Shown here piece after piece: positions 15,078-27,984 of a stretch of 64,000 bases of DNA. The notes beneath the pieces are model-generated. The model worked only from the letters and a program-made list of their open reading frames with translations. It was not told the origin of the DNA and did no database searches. Origin of the DNA: Octopus sinensis (taxonomy: Eukaryota); assembly GCF_006345805.1 (NCBI RefSeq), contig NC_042997.1:58962001-59026000 (forward strand), written 5' to 3'. The position numbers and the translations under genes are program-made. Positions within the stretch are counted from its first letter, which is position 1. The number at the start of each line of letters is the position of its first letter.

Positions 15078-17551
15078 ATGCTCTATTACAAATCCTTCCT
15101 CCTCCACCTTCACCACCGCCTAAAGAAACACCTTTGCAGGCTTCCTTTCCGCTGCTTTCAACCATCTGTTAATCTTTCCCTACTGATTTTCAAAAAAACA
15201 CACTTCTCTTGTCACGTTTCCTTTCTCAGTCGCTGCCTCACCACTACCTCATCCCCTAAAGTTTCCGCCTCCATTTCCACCCCACTTTCCACTCTGCTTC
15301 TGTCATCCTACCCATACTCCGTACTACTTTCTACCGCTTTATGTGTGCTACTATTCGTTCTAGTCTCTCTAAAATACACACCCTCGACCACCTCCTCCCT
15401 CTCGTATATTCCACCTTTTTCTCATCTCTTTCACCTTCCTTTGCACACTCCAATCTACGCTTCATAATCTATCTAAATCATCTTTTCCATGAGTTCTTCG
15501 CTCGCAACTAAACAACATAAGCTCCACTCACGCCTTCATTCTGTCACACCCGATACTACTACACCCACCCCTGCCCACCCATCCCTCTCTGCTACACTCT
15601 CCTTTCACCCTCACCCCAACCCTTCCGTTACTCCAACCCCTCATGCACTTACTCTTCTTTCTTCTCCCAGCCTTCCACTATCCCCACCATATCCCCACCA
15701 CCCTTCCCACATCTAGCTCATCCACCCACTCCCCACGTCAGTCTGTTGTTACCATTCCTCCTGATCTTCTTCCCCTCTCTGAAGCGGAGCGCTCTCTTCT
15801 CAGTTAGGGTCTGCGCTTGATCTCCCTCACTCCATCCAGTAACGAATTTCAGACCTGTGCTGATATTCATAGCTTTGTGCGCCACGTCAGGCTATATGCA
15901 CTATTCCACAACACTCCACCTGCATCTAATGAAGAGGACTGCTTCACCGACTGCTTCCCACTTAACGCCAGCTCCTAGCCAGTTCCAAGCAGTCGATCAT
16001 TTTGCAAGCATCTGCCAACATGCTATGGACCGGTTTAACTTTAGCTGGCGTCCCCGACATCTGAACATCTACCCGGTCGAACTCTTGGCCCTTCGATGTC
16101 TCTGACGCCCCAAAGACATCATCATAAGACCAGCTGACAAGGGTGGAGCTGTGGAGGTGTGACGCGCAGACATCTACAAGGCTGAAGCTCTCCGCCAACT
16201 TCAAGACACCTTCTGCTATTGCCCTCTTCTCTCCAACCCCACGCCTAACTACCAACAGACTGGGTCCTCCACTATCCATGACCTCATCCAACCTCATTGT
16301 TCGCACATCACGCACCCCCACCATTTACTTCCTTTCCAAAATCCACAAGCCCAACAACCCTGGCTGCCCATCGTCTCCGCCTGTAGCTGCCCCACGGTAT
16401 TGATTTCAAAATACCTCGACCGTATCATTGCCTCACCTAGTGGCTTCCCTTTCCTCTCGCATCCACGACTCTAATGATGGTCTCCGTCTCTTCAACTATT
16501 TCTCCTTCCCTCCTGGCCCCTCTAAACTTCTCTTCACTTTTGATATCAAGAGTCTATATACAGTGATCCCACACAACGAAGGACTTCTTGCAATCAAACA
16601 CTTCCTAGACCTTTGACCCAAACTCCAATCTGACACCTCCACACTTCTTCGTCTGGTCGAACTTGTCCTCTCCCTCAACTGCTTCTCGTTCTCGGGGGAT
16701 TTTTACCAACAGACTTCTGGAGTGGCAATGGGAACGAGAATGAGCCCCAACTATGCGAACCTGTTCGTTGGCTACGTTAACGCCCAAATATTCTCACGAT
16801 TCACTGGTTCCACTTCCGAACTAAACAGTCGTTATATTGATGACTGTATCGATGCAACAGCACTCTCCTTCATGGATATCCCCTCACCACTACCCACACA
16901 GCCCTTTCCAGACCATGTTCGGTGGACCATGTTTCTGCTCTCTCTCTCCCGCACCCGCCCCGCCGTTGCCCGAGTCCCGTTTCCCCTCACCTTTCACCCC
17001 GACACCCTACCCCTCCAACGCACCATCATCCAAGCCTTCTGGCGACTCCAGTTCGACCCCTTCACCTTACATATTTCCCCCCAACTTCCCCCTTCCCTCT
17101 TTCATACGAGCTCACAACCTGCGTGACCTCCTGGTCCAAAGTTTCTTCCCTAACCCTACCTCCCAACCTGGGTCATTCCCCTGTTCCCGCCCACGCTGCC
17201 GCACATGTCCCTACCTTTCCAGCACCACCATACTCACAGGTACCTATTATCGCTCCTATCATATTACCTTGCACTTCTAGCAACGTCATTTACTGCATAT
17301 CATGCTCTTTCTGCCCTTCTCTGTTCATCGGTCAAACGGCTGACTGGTTCGCGGAGCACCTCCAAAACAATGACACCCTAGTCTCGCGCCATTTCCGCTC
17401 TACCGGTCATTGACTATAACACTTGTCTGTGTTCGGATTATCTTTGCATAGGGGCTATCTGGACTCCCACCTTCACCGTGAACAGGAATTAATCTTCTCT
17501 CTTCGCTCCTTTGTGCCATATGGGCTCAACTCTCCTCCTCTCTTTATCTAA
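15078..17551 (+). mobile_element. Penelope-like retroelement (RT plus GIY-YIG endonuclease), frameshifted
   Basis: Motifs in order: IIRPADKGGAV, YFLSKIHKPNNPG, FDIKSLYTVIPH, GVAMGTRMSPNYANLFVG, RYIDD, PCSRPRCRTCPY, CTSSNVIYCISC..LFIGQT, FAEHL, HFRSTGH. Confidence 0.92.
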
Positions 17552-17999
17552 TTCCTCTCCTCTCTTCATCTGACACCTACTCCCTCTCTTCACTTCTACC
17601 CACCTCTCTTCTCCTCTCTTGCTCTGACACCTACTTCCTCTCTTCATTCCTGCCTACATTCTCTCTTCATTGAAATCTACTCCACCTACACCCTACATCC
17701 ACACACCCCGATCCCACATACCTGATACCTACCCCCATACCTCCATTTCGCACCCATTTCCCACCACCACAGCCACATCCCCATCCCACACTACCACACC
17801 ACACCACATCACACCAGCCCACACCACTCCAGACACTAGCACTGACCACTTCCCAACACCACACCATACACCATCATCTGCACACCTACACACCATCATC
17901 CAGACACCCACACGTTACAGAGGCACATACACATTCACACGTCAACCTCACTAGCCCCTATCTACACACACACTTACACATTCTCACATACACTCACAC

Positions 18000-18112
18000 G
18001 CACCTTTACACACACGTACATTCTTTATCTCCCCTTCTTTCTGCCTCTCCTGTCAAACCTTTTTCCCCAACCAATCGCCATGCTTGATCGCTAAATCCAC
18101 AAGTTGTTTTTA

Positions 18113-18171
<59 letters not shown>

Positions 18172-18320
18172 TTATTTTTTCTTATTCCTTTCTGTTGAAG
18201 AGCGTAGGCTCGAAACGTAAAAGTCTTTCTCACTTTCCCGAGCGTCAAACTAATATACCTGTTTGTTGTTCATACAACTGTCTTCGTTCTTTGTTTTTCT
18301 GTAAATTTCAACTATATATA
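18000..18320 (+). mobile_element. Probable pseudo-LTR/3' end of the Penelope-like element
   Basis: Follows the PLE, carries a hammerhead-like motif and ends at (TA)n. Confidence 0.6.
18188..18223 (+). ncRNA. Minimal type I hammerhead-ribozyme-like motif (core variant CUGUUGA)
   Basis: cttt-CTGTTGA-a-gagc-gtag-gctc-GAAA-cgTA-aaag: stems I and II pair; palindromic ACGT at stem III. Confidence 0.55.
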
Positions 18321-18352
18321 TATCTATATATATATAATATATATATATATAT

Positions 18353-18865
18353 ACTAGCACTATCGCCCGGCGTTGCTCGGGTTTGTAAGGGAAATAACTA
18401 TATAAGCATTTTTAGAGAGTTACTTCCCTTAAGATGCCAATTCGGGCTTTCTTAGCCATTTCTGTTTTGGTGTCTTCAAGCCATGAAGTCGTTGTTCTAA
18501 AAGAACGCTGGTCTCCTTGACAACGCTTTACGACGTTGATTTCCTTACACTCCCTTCCCCACAGCTTCACGAGGGAAGGAAGAAGGGGGAGAAGCAAACA
18601 GTGTGCAGGTGTGACATGGACGCCAACTCCGCCGCCATCGACACACGAAAAATTATGCATTAAAATGAATAAAAAATTATGTTAAATTATTTTTTAAATC
18701 GTAGACTCATCATAGACGCGCGCTAATACTCAGATGGGCTCGATATGAATCACGACTATAAGATACCCGAATTTGGTTAAACTGACACCGCAAAGTGTGG
18801 GAGTAGTTAGGAATCTAAATCGAAGGGGACAGACACCACACAACTACAGTTTATTATAATATATT
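18353..18865 (+). mobile_element. Non-autonomous Helitron-like (Lep1-like) element
   Basis: Starts actagc...gcccgg-cgttg-ctcggg hairpin; ends ...acagac...cagttttattata; inserted in (TA)n. Confidence 0.5.
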
Positions 18866-18879
18866 ATATATAATATATA

Positions 18880-18930
<51 letters not shown>

Positions 18931-20055
18931 TGTTACGGAATCACCCGTCGTCGCCCGTCCCGAACGGCGCACACCAGTTCCGCCACGGAACCCAAAGAGG
19001 CGGGAGAGGGAGACACAGATAGATACTGCCACAACCTCAACAGCACGAGATACAGAGGCACAACCCGAGATACAACCCAAAGAGGCAAGGCAAACAATGG
19101 CAACACTGGCTTATATTCAAACAACAGTTTATACGACAATTACAATTGTACACATCAAATACATTTAAGGCAGACATTTAAAGGAAGACATGCACGTGAC
19201 TACTCAATACATCATACAACAGATCAAAGCATAATACAACAGCATGTAACAATATAACAGTCCGGAGACACAACAAGTCATATACAGTATTTCAAAGGTA
19301 CACGTCCGAAGACACAGTTCTTTTAAAGTCTCTTTTTCTAAACATATCAACACAATTCTGAACATAAATACCACAATCGACATATCGACAAGTCCTTGAC
19401 TGTTCTTTTCACTGTTCATTTCTTTTCACTGTCTCTTTACATCGTGACACGCATCAATACACAATCACATACCTTAATTCCCAACTGAATCGCCAGTGTC
19501 ATTCTGCACCTCATCTCTCCGTACCGCTAATTCCCCTGTACATATTCCCTTCTGTGCCGCCAAGTTCTCTCGCATCCCAACTTGCTCCTAAGATTCCACC
19601 GCTTGCTCCTAACTTCCAAGAATCCGACTGTGTTCTTCGAGGACCGACCACCGACTGCAAGATCCGTCTGCGTTCTTCGACGACCGCTCAACGACTGCCA
19701 AGACCTCACTTCGTCTCTGTGCTTCTTCCACTCCCTCATCTCCCTCTGTACCGCTCATACCCTCTCTAACTGTCCCTTAGTCTTATACTCTATCTCTCTC
19801 ATGACAGCTCTACCATACTCTCTGCCTGTCCTTCTCTCCCACTGTCAATACCCTCTCCATCTGCTCTTAGATTCCCTTAATCTGTCTTCCTCTCTCACAT
19901 TCTCACTGACCCTTTTCTCAACCGCACGAGGTCACAGGTCATTCCAAAACCCATTAGTCTTCCATTAGACAAAAGACTGTCACATTTTCACCAGACATGA
20001 TGGTGCCATTATTCCTATGTGGGTCAGAAACACTGCACTAATTAAACCCGTAACA
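18931..20055 (-). mobile_element. Probable solo LTR
   Basis: Termini tgttacgg...ccgtaaca (TG..CA with 8-bp inverted repeat), 1.1 kb, non-coding; TSD obscured by (TA)n. Confidence 0.55.
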
Positions 20056-20628
20056 ATATATATAAACGTTTATGATTTTGTGTTACACGAATGAAGAACA
20101 ACACGCGCTACCACACCACACAACATGACGACTGAAGACAGAAAGGAGAGAAAATACATGCAAACAGTGTAATACACACACACTAGACAAATATGCACAT
20201 ACCTATGATAAATATATGAAATAGAGATAGACAAAAGAAAAGGAAACTGTATAAAGGGCCGGATTCAAACAACATAGGAAGCGAACCCATATACACACAA
20301 ACAATATCAACAACGCGACCAACAACTACAACAGCAACAGCGGTAACAACAACAGCAGCAAAAACAACTACTACCACGATGGCAACATCGTGGGTGCACA
20401 CACAAACACTGAGAGATACAGGAACGGTACCATAAGTTGGGGTCAAGGGCAGCAACAGGGGCACCTAGAGAGAGGGGACGAGGCAGAAAGGAGGGTCGCA
20501 GTGCTATACTAAGAACAACGACACACACACACACAAATACAGACGCAAACGCATACGCATATAAGGATGCACATCATAGAAGAACAGAATGGAGTAAGCG
20601 GAGCAGGAGCAAACACGAGGACAGGAAG

Positions 20629-20681
20629 TGTCACTGAAGAGGTCACAGAAAGATTTCTGTGTGACGAAAGATTTCCGGACA
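20629..20681 (+). ncRNA. Hammerhead-ribozyme-like motif with canonical core
   Basis: CTGAAGA 20634-20640, stem II gtcac/gtgac with inner agaa/ttct, GAAA 20666-20669, TC at 20674-20675; stem I imperfect. Confidence 0.55.
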
Positions 20682-20791
20682 ATGGACATGAGTCAAAATA
20701 AAAACAGAAACAACCGAGTGAAGAACGACTATATAGTGCGTGTGTTTATTTGGCGGAAAAAAAATGACCGTCCCGAAATACAATATATATC

Positions 20792-20864
<73 letters not shown>

Positions 20865-20883
20865 CGTATGCATATATATATAC

Positions 20884-20916
<33 letters not shown>

Positions 20917-21000
20917 CATACGTATGCATATATATACTATATAAGTATACATACATGTATAAATACATACATACATGCACACATACATAGATGTACAAAT

Positions 21001-21066
<66 letters not shown>

Positions 21067-21299
21067 GCAACCATTATATAAGGGTCAGTAAGAACAAGTG
21101 TATTGAAATAGTTATTTTAGAAGGTATTTTACGCATATTTAGATATATCTAATATCTATCATTCGTGAAAATTTCAAGTGAATGGAATAAATATTTCGTA
21201 AATTAAGAGGAAATAAACAAATAATCTTCCAAATTGCAACGGCCAAAAGTTAATGGAGCAAGAGCAAAAAAGAAACCCTTACTATTGATATTTTGTGAT

Positions 21300-21625
21300 A
21301 TTCCCTTTACTATTAATGACAGCCTGACATCTGTCATATTAATTCAGTCCTGAATCAATTTCTTGCAAAATGATGGAGTAATATTGTTCCATTCGGATTT
21401 CTCCTTCGTGCTCCATCTCCAATAATTTTCCAAACGTTTTTTATAGGGCTGAGATTGGAATTTTGAGGTGACCAGTCTATGAAATGTGGAAGGGCATGTC
21501 TAAGAATTTGTTTGTAGATTTCACCATTGACAGTTCCTTGTAGGCGAATAAGTGGACTAGGACAAGCAGCAGAAATCACTCCCCATACATACATACATAC
21601 ATACATACATACATACATACATACA

Positions 21626-21656
<31 letters not shown>

Positions 21657-22060
21657 CTCACAGCCTCCTCCATATCTCACTGTCTTCTTCACACATGCAC
21701 AAGATAACCTTTCGCCACTTCTTCCTCAGACGTACATCCCGCCATCGGAATCAGTCACATTAAACTTCGATTCGTCGCGACCACTGTTCTTCTGTCCAAA
21801 CGACATGTTCGTGAGCGAAACGAAGACGGGCTCTTTGATTCTTCCTGGAGATCAGAGTTTTCTTTGTCGGTACCTGAGCAAGCAACCTAGAACCTCGAAA
21901 CCTCGAGAAACTGTTTTGGGCGATACGTTGACATCGGAAGTGGAGCTAAACTCGCAGGATATCTCAGCAGCACGCTTGAACCTATCTTTCAGTGACATTC
22001 TAACCATAAAACGATCCTGTCTTGGTGAAGTTTTACGAGGTCTATTTACCACTTAGTAGT
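21300..22060 (-). mobile_element. Tc1-like transposase pseudogene
   Basis: RPRKTSPRQDR (HTH region), WGVIS...TVNGEIYKQIL and WSPQNSNLSPIKNVW (degenerate SPDLNPIENVW); deletions and a (TATG)n tract; TIRs not identified. Confidence 0.8.
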
Positions 22061-22157
22061 GGATGTTGCGTAAGAACACACAAATACTGCGATATTTACC
22101 AAGAGAGGAAAATTTTCAAATGATTCTTTTCTTTTTTTTGTCTTGGTGATGTGCTTT

Positions 22158-22350
22158 TATGCACCAGAAAACCATTTGTTTATGGAAGACCAGCAGTTGC
22201 CTGTGCATACCAGCCTCTCCTCTTCGTCACCGATGTTGTCCAAGGGAAAGGCAAAGGCCAATACAGCTTGGTACCATTGACGTCGCAACTCATTTCTACA
22301 ACTACATTGCGATTGTGAGACCGACGCTCTAACCACTGAGCCATGCACCT
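22158..22350 (-). mobile_element. SINE family C copy with internal deletion
   Basis: Reverse complement matches the head and 3' body of 34753-35083 but lacks the central domain. Confidence 0.75.
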
Positions 22351-22661
22351 TTACATACGTACATACATACATACATACATTCATACATACATACATACAT
22401 ACATACATACATACATACATACATACATACATACAGATATACATACACACACGTATGTATATATCAAACCTTACACGTCTCTCGTAAACGAGTTTGGCCT
22501 GCTAGCACGTCATACTCTGTCGTGAGCAAATATAGACACCCTCTAAGACCATCAGACAGATTCAACAGTTACAGCGAATATGAGAGCGTGCATACGTGTG
22601 CGTATGTGTGTGTGTGTGTGGTGTGTGTGTGTGTGTATGTGTGTGTGTATGTGTGTGTAGG

Positions 22662-22693
<32 letters not shown>

Positions 22694-23502
22694 TACACGA
22701 ATTGAATTAAATGGTATTAAAAACAGATTAACTTTTCTGTAGATATGAAAAACGTTGTGAGGAATGATATGAAACAGAGATACATGAGGTACTGTAACCA
22801 AATTAGATATACAACAAATAGATTATATTCACTTTGGTATTTCAGTCATTTTAGATATCATATTAGTCGCTTTATTGGTCTGAATCCAGTTACACTAATA
22901 AAAAAACCAACAATAATAGTAAGGAAATGGCAGATTAATTGTTTGATGGGAAAGATGTCTGGCTAACAAAGTTAAAACGGAAATGATTGATACGTGTTTT
23001 AAGATATAGAGTTGTTGTAGTTCTATGTAGTTTGTTTTTACACTTTGTACGTAGCCATTAATTCCAGAGAAAATCATGTTGGCCATGCAATTTGCTTAGC
23101 AATCAAAGAAATACCTAAATTAGTAGCCTGAAGTCAAAATATTTTCATGAATCTGTTGAATTTCTAGAAACGTATAATAATGACATCGGTCTCCATAAAT
23201 GCAGTTCGTAAACAGTCAATAGATATTTAGAATTGCACGCAATAAGAAAAGACAGTTCAACGACGGTGTAATATTCGACTTCGAATAATGAGCTAGTGTT
23301 CTATTTCACCATTTAAAGACGATATTTTTCATAGTCCTGAGAAGTATATCATCGAAGTATTTCCGCGACATCTCTCTCTGTCTTCCTTTCCTTATATCTG
23401 CCATTGCATCACTATTTTTCTCAATAGATGGATAGGTAGATAGATACATACATACATATATACATACATACAAAATTACATACATATATGTATATGTGTG
23501 TA

Positions 23503-23540
<38 letters not shown>

Positions 23541-23554
23541 TATATATATATATA

Positions 23555-23745
23555 TATAGTTAATCCAAACATGAAAACACAAAGAAAAAACACAACAACG
23601 CGAGGGCGTGGAACAAATATAGTATTATTGGACGCTCAGGAAGGAAGGGAAGCTCTTCGTCAGAAACATAGGAAAAGGAAAGATCCAGAGAAGGGAATAC
23701 GGAGGAAAAAAATCGCCAACGGTACACACGCGGTCACATTTATAT
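23555..23745 (-). mobile_element. Probable Penelope-like pseudo-LTR fragment
   Basis: Flanked by (TA)n; minus strand has tttCTGACGAAGAGC, resembling the motif at 18188. Confidence 0.4.
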
Positions 23746-24367
23746 ATATATATTCTTTTACATGTTTCAGTCCAAAGACTGTGGCCATGCTGGAGCACCA
23801 TGTATGTATATATGTATATACATGTGTGTGTGTGTGTGTGTGGCAAAACCTCCCTAAACGAGAAACCCTTACAAAAGTACTACCCTTACAGGAATTAGAA
23901 TGCTTATATGAAGGACAATCATACAATATCAAGGTATAATATAATATAAACAACAAAACCACCATAAAGCAAGAAACATAGAACCCCTAACAAGTTCAGT
24001 CCTACGAGGTCTAGAATTTCAATGAAGGTCAACTTAGAACCACGTGAACACAAAATACAAAAGTGTTACAGTCAACAAACACATCAAACGTGTATATCTT
24101 TCATCAGCTACCTAATGAATACCATTATAGTTTCCACTCCTGGACAGTACCATTCAATCCAGTGATGTCAACAGCGTTAAAAACATAAATATTGTTTGAT
24201 AATTAATAGACAAGAAGCAGGAACGAGTCATTAGTGCAATATGTCATTAAGTCTACACTTGCTTTTAATTACAAACATCAAATCTTAAACATAAGTCGTT
24301 TCACGTGCTACGAAGCATAGAAATTTTTTTAAATACTATATAGAAAATAGAGATATATCATAAAAAT

Positions 24368-24764
24368 GGCGCAGGAGTGGCTGTGTGGTAAGTAGCTTGC
24401 TTACCAGCCACATGGTTCCGGGTTCAGTCCCTCTGCGTGGCACCTTGAGCGTGTGTTTTCTCCTATAGCCTCGGGCCGAACAAAGCCTTGTGAGTGGATT
24501 TGGTAGATTTAAACTGGAAGCCCGTCGTATATATGTATGTGAGTGTGTGTGTGTGTGTTGTATATCTGTGTTTGCGCCCCCCCCCCAACATCGCTTGACA
24601 ACCAATGCTAGTGTGTTTATGTCCCCTGTAACTTAGCGGTTCGGCAAAAGAGACCGATAGAATAAGTACTAGGCTTACAAAGAATAAGTCCTGGGGTCGA
24701 TTTGATCCGACTAAAGCCGGTGCTCCAGCATGGCCGCAGTCAAATGACTGAAACATGTAACAGA
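24368..24764 (+). mobile_element. Full-length tRNA-derived SINE family A with internal microsatellite
   Basis: A-box-like tggctgtgtggtaag, B-box-like ggttcagtccc, internal (GT)n at ~24530-24560, 3' body ending ccagcatggccgcagtcaaatgactgaaac. Confidence 0.88.
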
Positions 24765-25280
24765 ATTGCTACCCCATGATATTACTCTGCTTTCTTGCCT
24801 GTCTCTTTATCTATATATTGTCCTCTGTTACGTTGCTGCATGGTGAGTGTCTGCAAGAAAAATGTGTGGGCGGGGAAGGAGACCCTGAGGTTTATAGTTC
24901 TGGAAAGGAAGGAACGAAGTGTTTAATGCTATGTCTGAGTGAAGGGGATACACTTGCTGCCCTTCCTCCAGACACAGCATTCTTTTCACACTGGGGCAAA
25001 AGAAAATGATGGGTGGGGCGAGGGTCTTGTGTGAAAAAGCATTCAGGTAACAAGTACTGGGAAGCGGAGAACATTGTTGTAGTGTTAGAGAAGACGTCTG
25101 TAAAAAACAGCGATAGGCATAAAGATAAGAAGCGGCGCATTTGCGGGCCTAATGGTCGAAGTGTATCTGAAACTGATTATTTTCCAATCAGTCGAATGAC
25201 TCTTTTTGAATGTAGTTTGGACGTGTAGCAGCAATACTTCACTACCATCACTATACCACAGATGTAAGCAGTAATCCAAT

Positions 25281-25668
25281 GTTGTTCGTCGTCGCCTGAA
25301 TCTCTGGCCCCTCCTTTCGGTGCTTCTACAACGGCGCTTAAGGTGGTTCGGTCATGCGGCCCGGTGTCCAGAGGGTGAGCTGATTCGCGATGTCCTCCTC
25401 CCACCTCCACTTCCCAACTGGCGCAAACGCAAGGGCAGGCAGCTGAAGATCTGGGCGACGACGATAAAGGAGGACCTCTCCGAACTCTGAGGTCCGCAGG
25501 TGGTCGGTCTACGCAGATGGAATCGCAAATAGCTCGCTATCTCCAGTGACCTCGCACAGGACCGTCGAGCGTGGGCCGCCATGGTTCGTGATGCCGTTAG
25601 GAACAGAGACGAAGCCGGCTCAACCCGCCCTGGGTGAATGCCGTCACAAGTACAAGTACAAGTAAGTA
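25281..25668 (+). mobile_element. RTE-clade LINE 3' end with (CAAGTA)n tail
   Basis: + frame reads LQRRLRWFGHAARCPEGELIRDVLLP...DLAQDRRAWAAMVRD; tail caagtacaagtacaagtaagta. Confidence 0.85.
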
Positions 25669-25699
25669 AACTATGTAGAGTATTAGCAACTGATTAAAG

Positions 25700-26200
25700 A
25701 GTAAGTGTTCCTTGTTTTAAAAAAGAATTCAGGATTTTGTGGGGAAGGTTTTGCAATTGTCATGAGAAGTCATCAGAGATTTATTAACTTTAAAGTTCTT
25801 AATTGTAGTTTCATTCATTCTAGAGAATAGGAAGTATAAGCCCATTTCATAGTGATTAAATACTTCTGCTGTTGAAAGAAACCATATTGCTATGTCATCG
25901 TTGAAACATTATCCCAAAGTTTTATGAAGTCAACGTATATCTAGCTTAAGATCTTCATGTTGATTGTGAATGGCTCCAGTATGCGGAAGATTAAAGAGTG
26001 TAGCGGAGTTTTAAGGTCATGAAATGTGCGTCGTATGAAGCAACTACAAACAATTAATAAATGTACGAAAGTCAGAGTTCAGAAAACGTTAGCAATTGTG
26101 TGGTACACAAGATTTCGTAGAATGCAGGTCGGTTGCGCCATCGGTAGGCAGCCTCGTATCCATGAAATGAGATGCTGATAGAGACCATAGGCGGGAAACT
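25700..26200 (-). mobile_element. Highly degenerate RT fragment, possibly Penelope-like
   Basis: Minus strand CLPMAQPTCILRNLVYH resembles GxPMGSPxSPILANLY. Confidence 0.35.
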
Positions 26201-27984
26201 TAGCTAGAACGTTCTCATAACAGACAAGGTCTAAGGTTTGCTAATATCGTATGCAACAACATTCACAAGAGGTCCATTCACCACTCATTTGAACTTCAAC
26301 ATTTTTTCCAGTCTGAAGAGCAGACGGTTTCACTTTTTTAATTTTTCAAAGTTCTGTTGTGTTTATTGCCTCTGAACTCGCTGACTCACCAACATGTTTG
26401 ATTTCTTCCTGTGTTTCATTTAGGATACTGTAACGCTATTTCCCTCTCCAGGAAAAGACACAAATTAGAGTATATTAAAGCCGAACTCTGTTTCAAAGAC
26501 GTATGGCAAGATATCGGTTTTCTGAGACATACCCATAAATTTGAATACATTCGAGTTATTTTCCACTCGAAACCCCAAGCCCAGAATCACTCCACCTTCC
26601 CACAAAGCACTGTAGATTTCACACTAATACCGATTTATCATGGTACAGAGAATTGTCTGAGTAAAAACTTCAAACTAACCAACAGAACTACATTTCTGGT
26701 GAGTGATGAAATGTGTGGCTTTGGGGAAATAAAAAGATTCCGAAAAGAGAATTGAGTTGGATTCAGGAAGTCAGCAACTGCGGGTTGTAGAAGAATGTAG
26801 AAGGCCTCATTGCTACAACTGTAGAAACACTAACCACCTCAAAGATTTTTCTCCCAATAGCAACAGGAAATGACAGCTGGAAGAAGGCCTCCACCACTGC
26901 CAACGCTACAACTTTAACATCAACAACAACAACAACAGCAGCAACCATAACAGGAACAACCACAGCAACTACAAAACAATTTACTACTGCATCGACAGCG
27001 ATTGCAACACCAGCGACAAGACTGGAGGCAACACTTACAACAACAACAACAACAAGAGTAGAAACAATAGCAACGAAAACAAGAGAAACATTGCCTTCAA
27101 AATCCACTACGTCATTAACAACAACAACAACAACTGAAAGTAACTTTATACGTATCAGCAACAACACGAGTGGCAACAATAGCAACAAAAACAACAAAAG
27201 AAATATTGCCTGCAAGAGCCACTACGTCATTAATAACAACAGCAACTGAAATTTGCTCTATATCAACAACAAAACAAAAAAAAACAATGACCCACAAGAC
27301 GTGCCCCTCTCCTCTTGTGACCTCTCAGACATGTTATGGCGAAGGAGACGGTGAGATCGATAAAAATTTACTAATGCAAATGAAAGAAAAAAGAAATAAA
27401 AACAACCAACACAAAAAACTGGCAGATACGTACAAATGCCACATCTAACAACAGCTACACCAGTACTGTCAACACATCATCTCCACTACCATCACTATTA
27501 CAGACACCACTAAAAGTACAACCTGATTTACAGACACAGTAGTCAAATCACACAACCCAACACGATCAAAAAAAAAAAACAACAGATATTAACTAATGAC
27601 TATAAATGCAAGAAATAAAGAACTAACAAAACCACATACACAAACATACCAGCATCACATACAATAACATCACTTTCACAAGATTCCAGAACACATAAAA
27701 ATCATCCAGATATCACAACAAGCATACATCTTAAAAACCAAATACCTCAAAGGAGTAGGAAACTTCAGGGAAAATAAAAACAAATTAAGAATTGTGTGTG
27801 GAAACAAACATAGCAACCGAAAAGATGAAACACCTGTCCCTCCGTAGGAATAAGGTAGATTATCCTTTCTCATTGCCTTCCTTCTAACCAATATAGCCTT
27901 GCCCAGAATATGGAGTGTAGATGCATGTGGTCGTGGGGTTACCATGGAAGCAGAGCTACCTGATCAACGACCTCGGGTTACTTG

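Noticed and set aside
24030-24115. Hammerhead from minus-strand CTGATGA near 24105
   Set aside because: No pairing stem II or correctly placed GAAA could be built.
26763-27215. Val-rich membrane protein on the minus strand
   Set aside because: It is the antisense reading of the (ACA)-rich tract; the + strand Thr-rich frame is the more plausible one.
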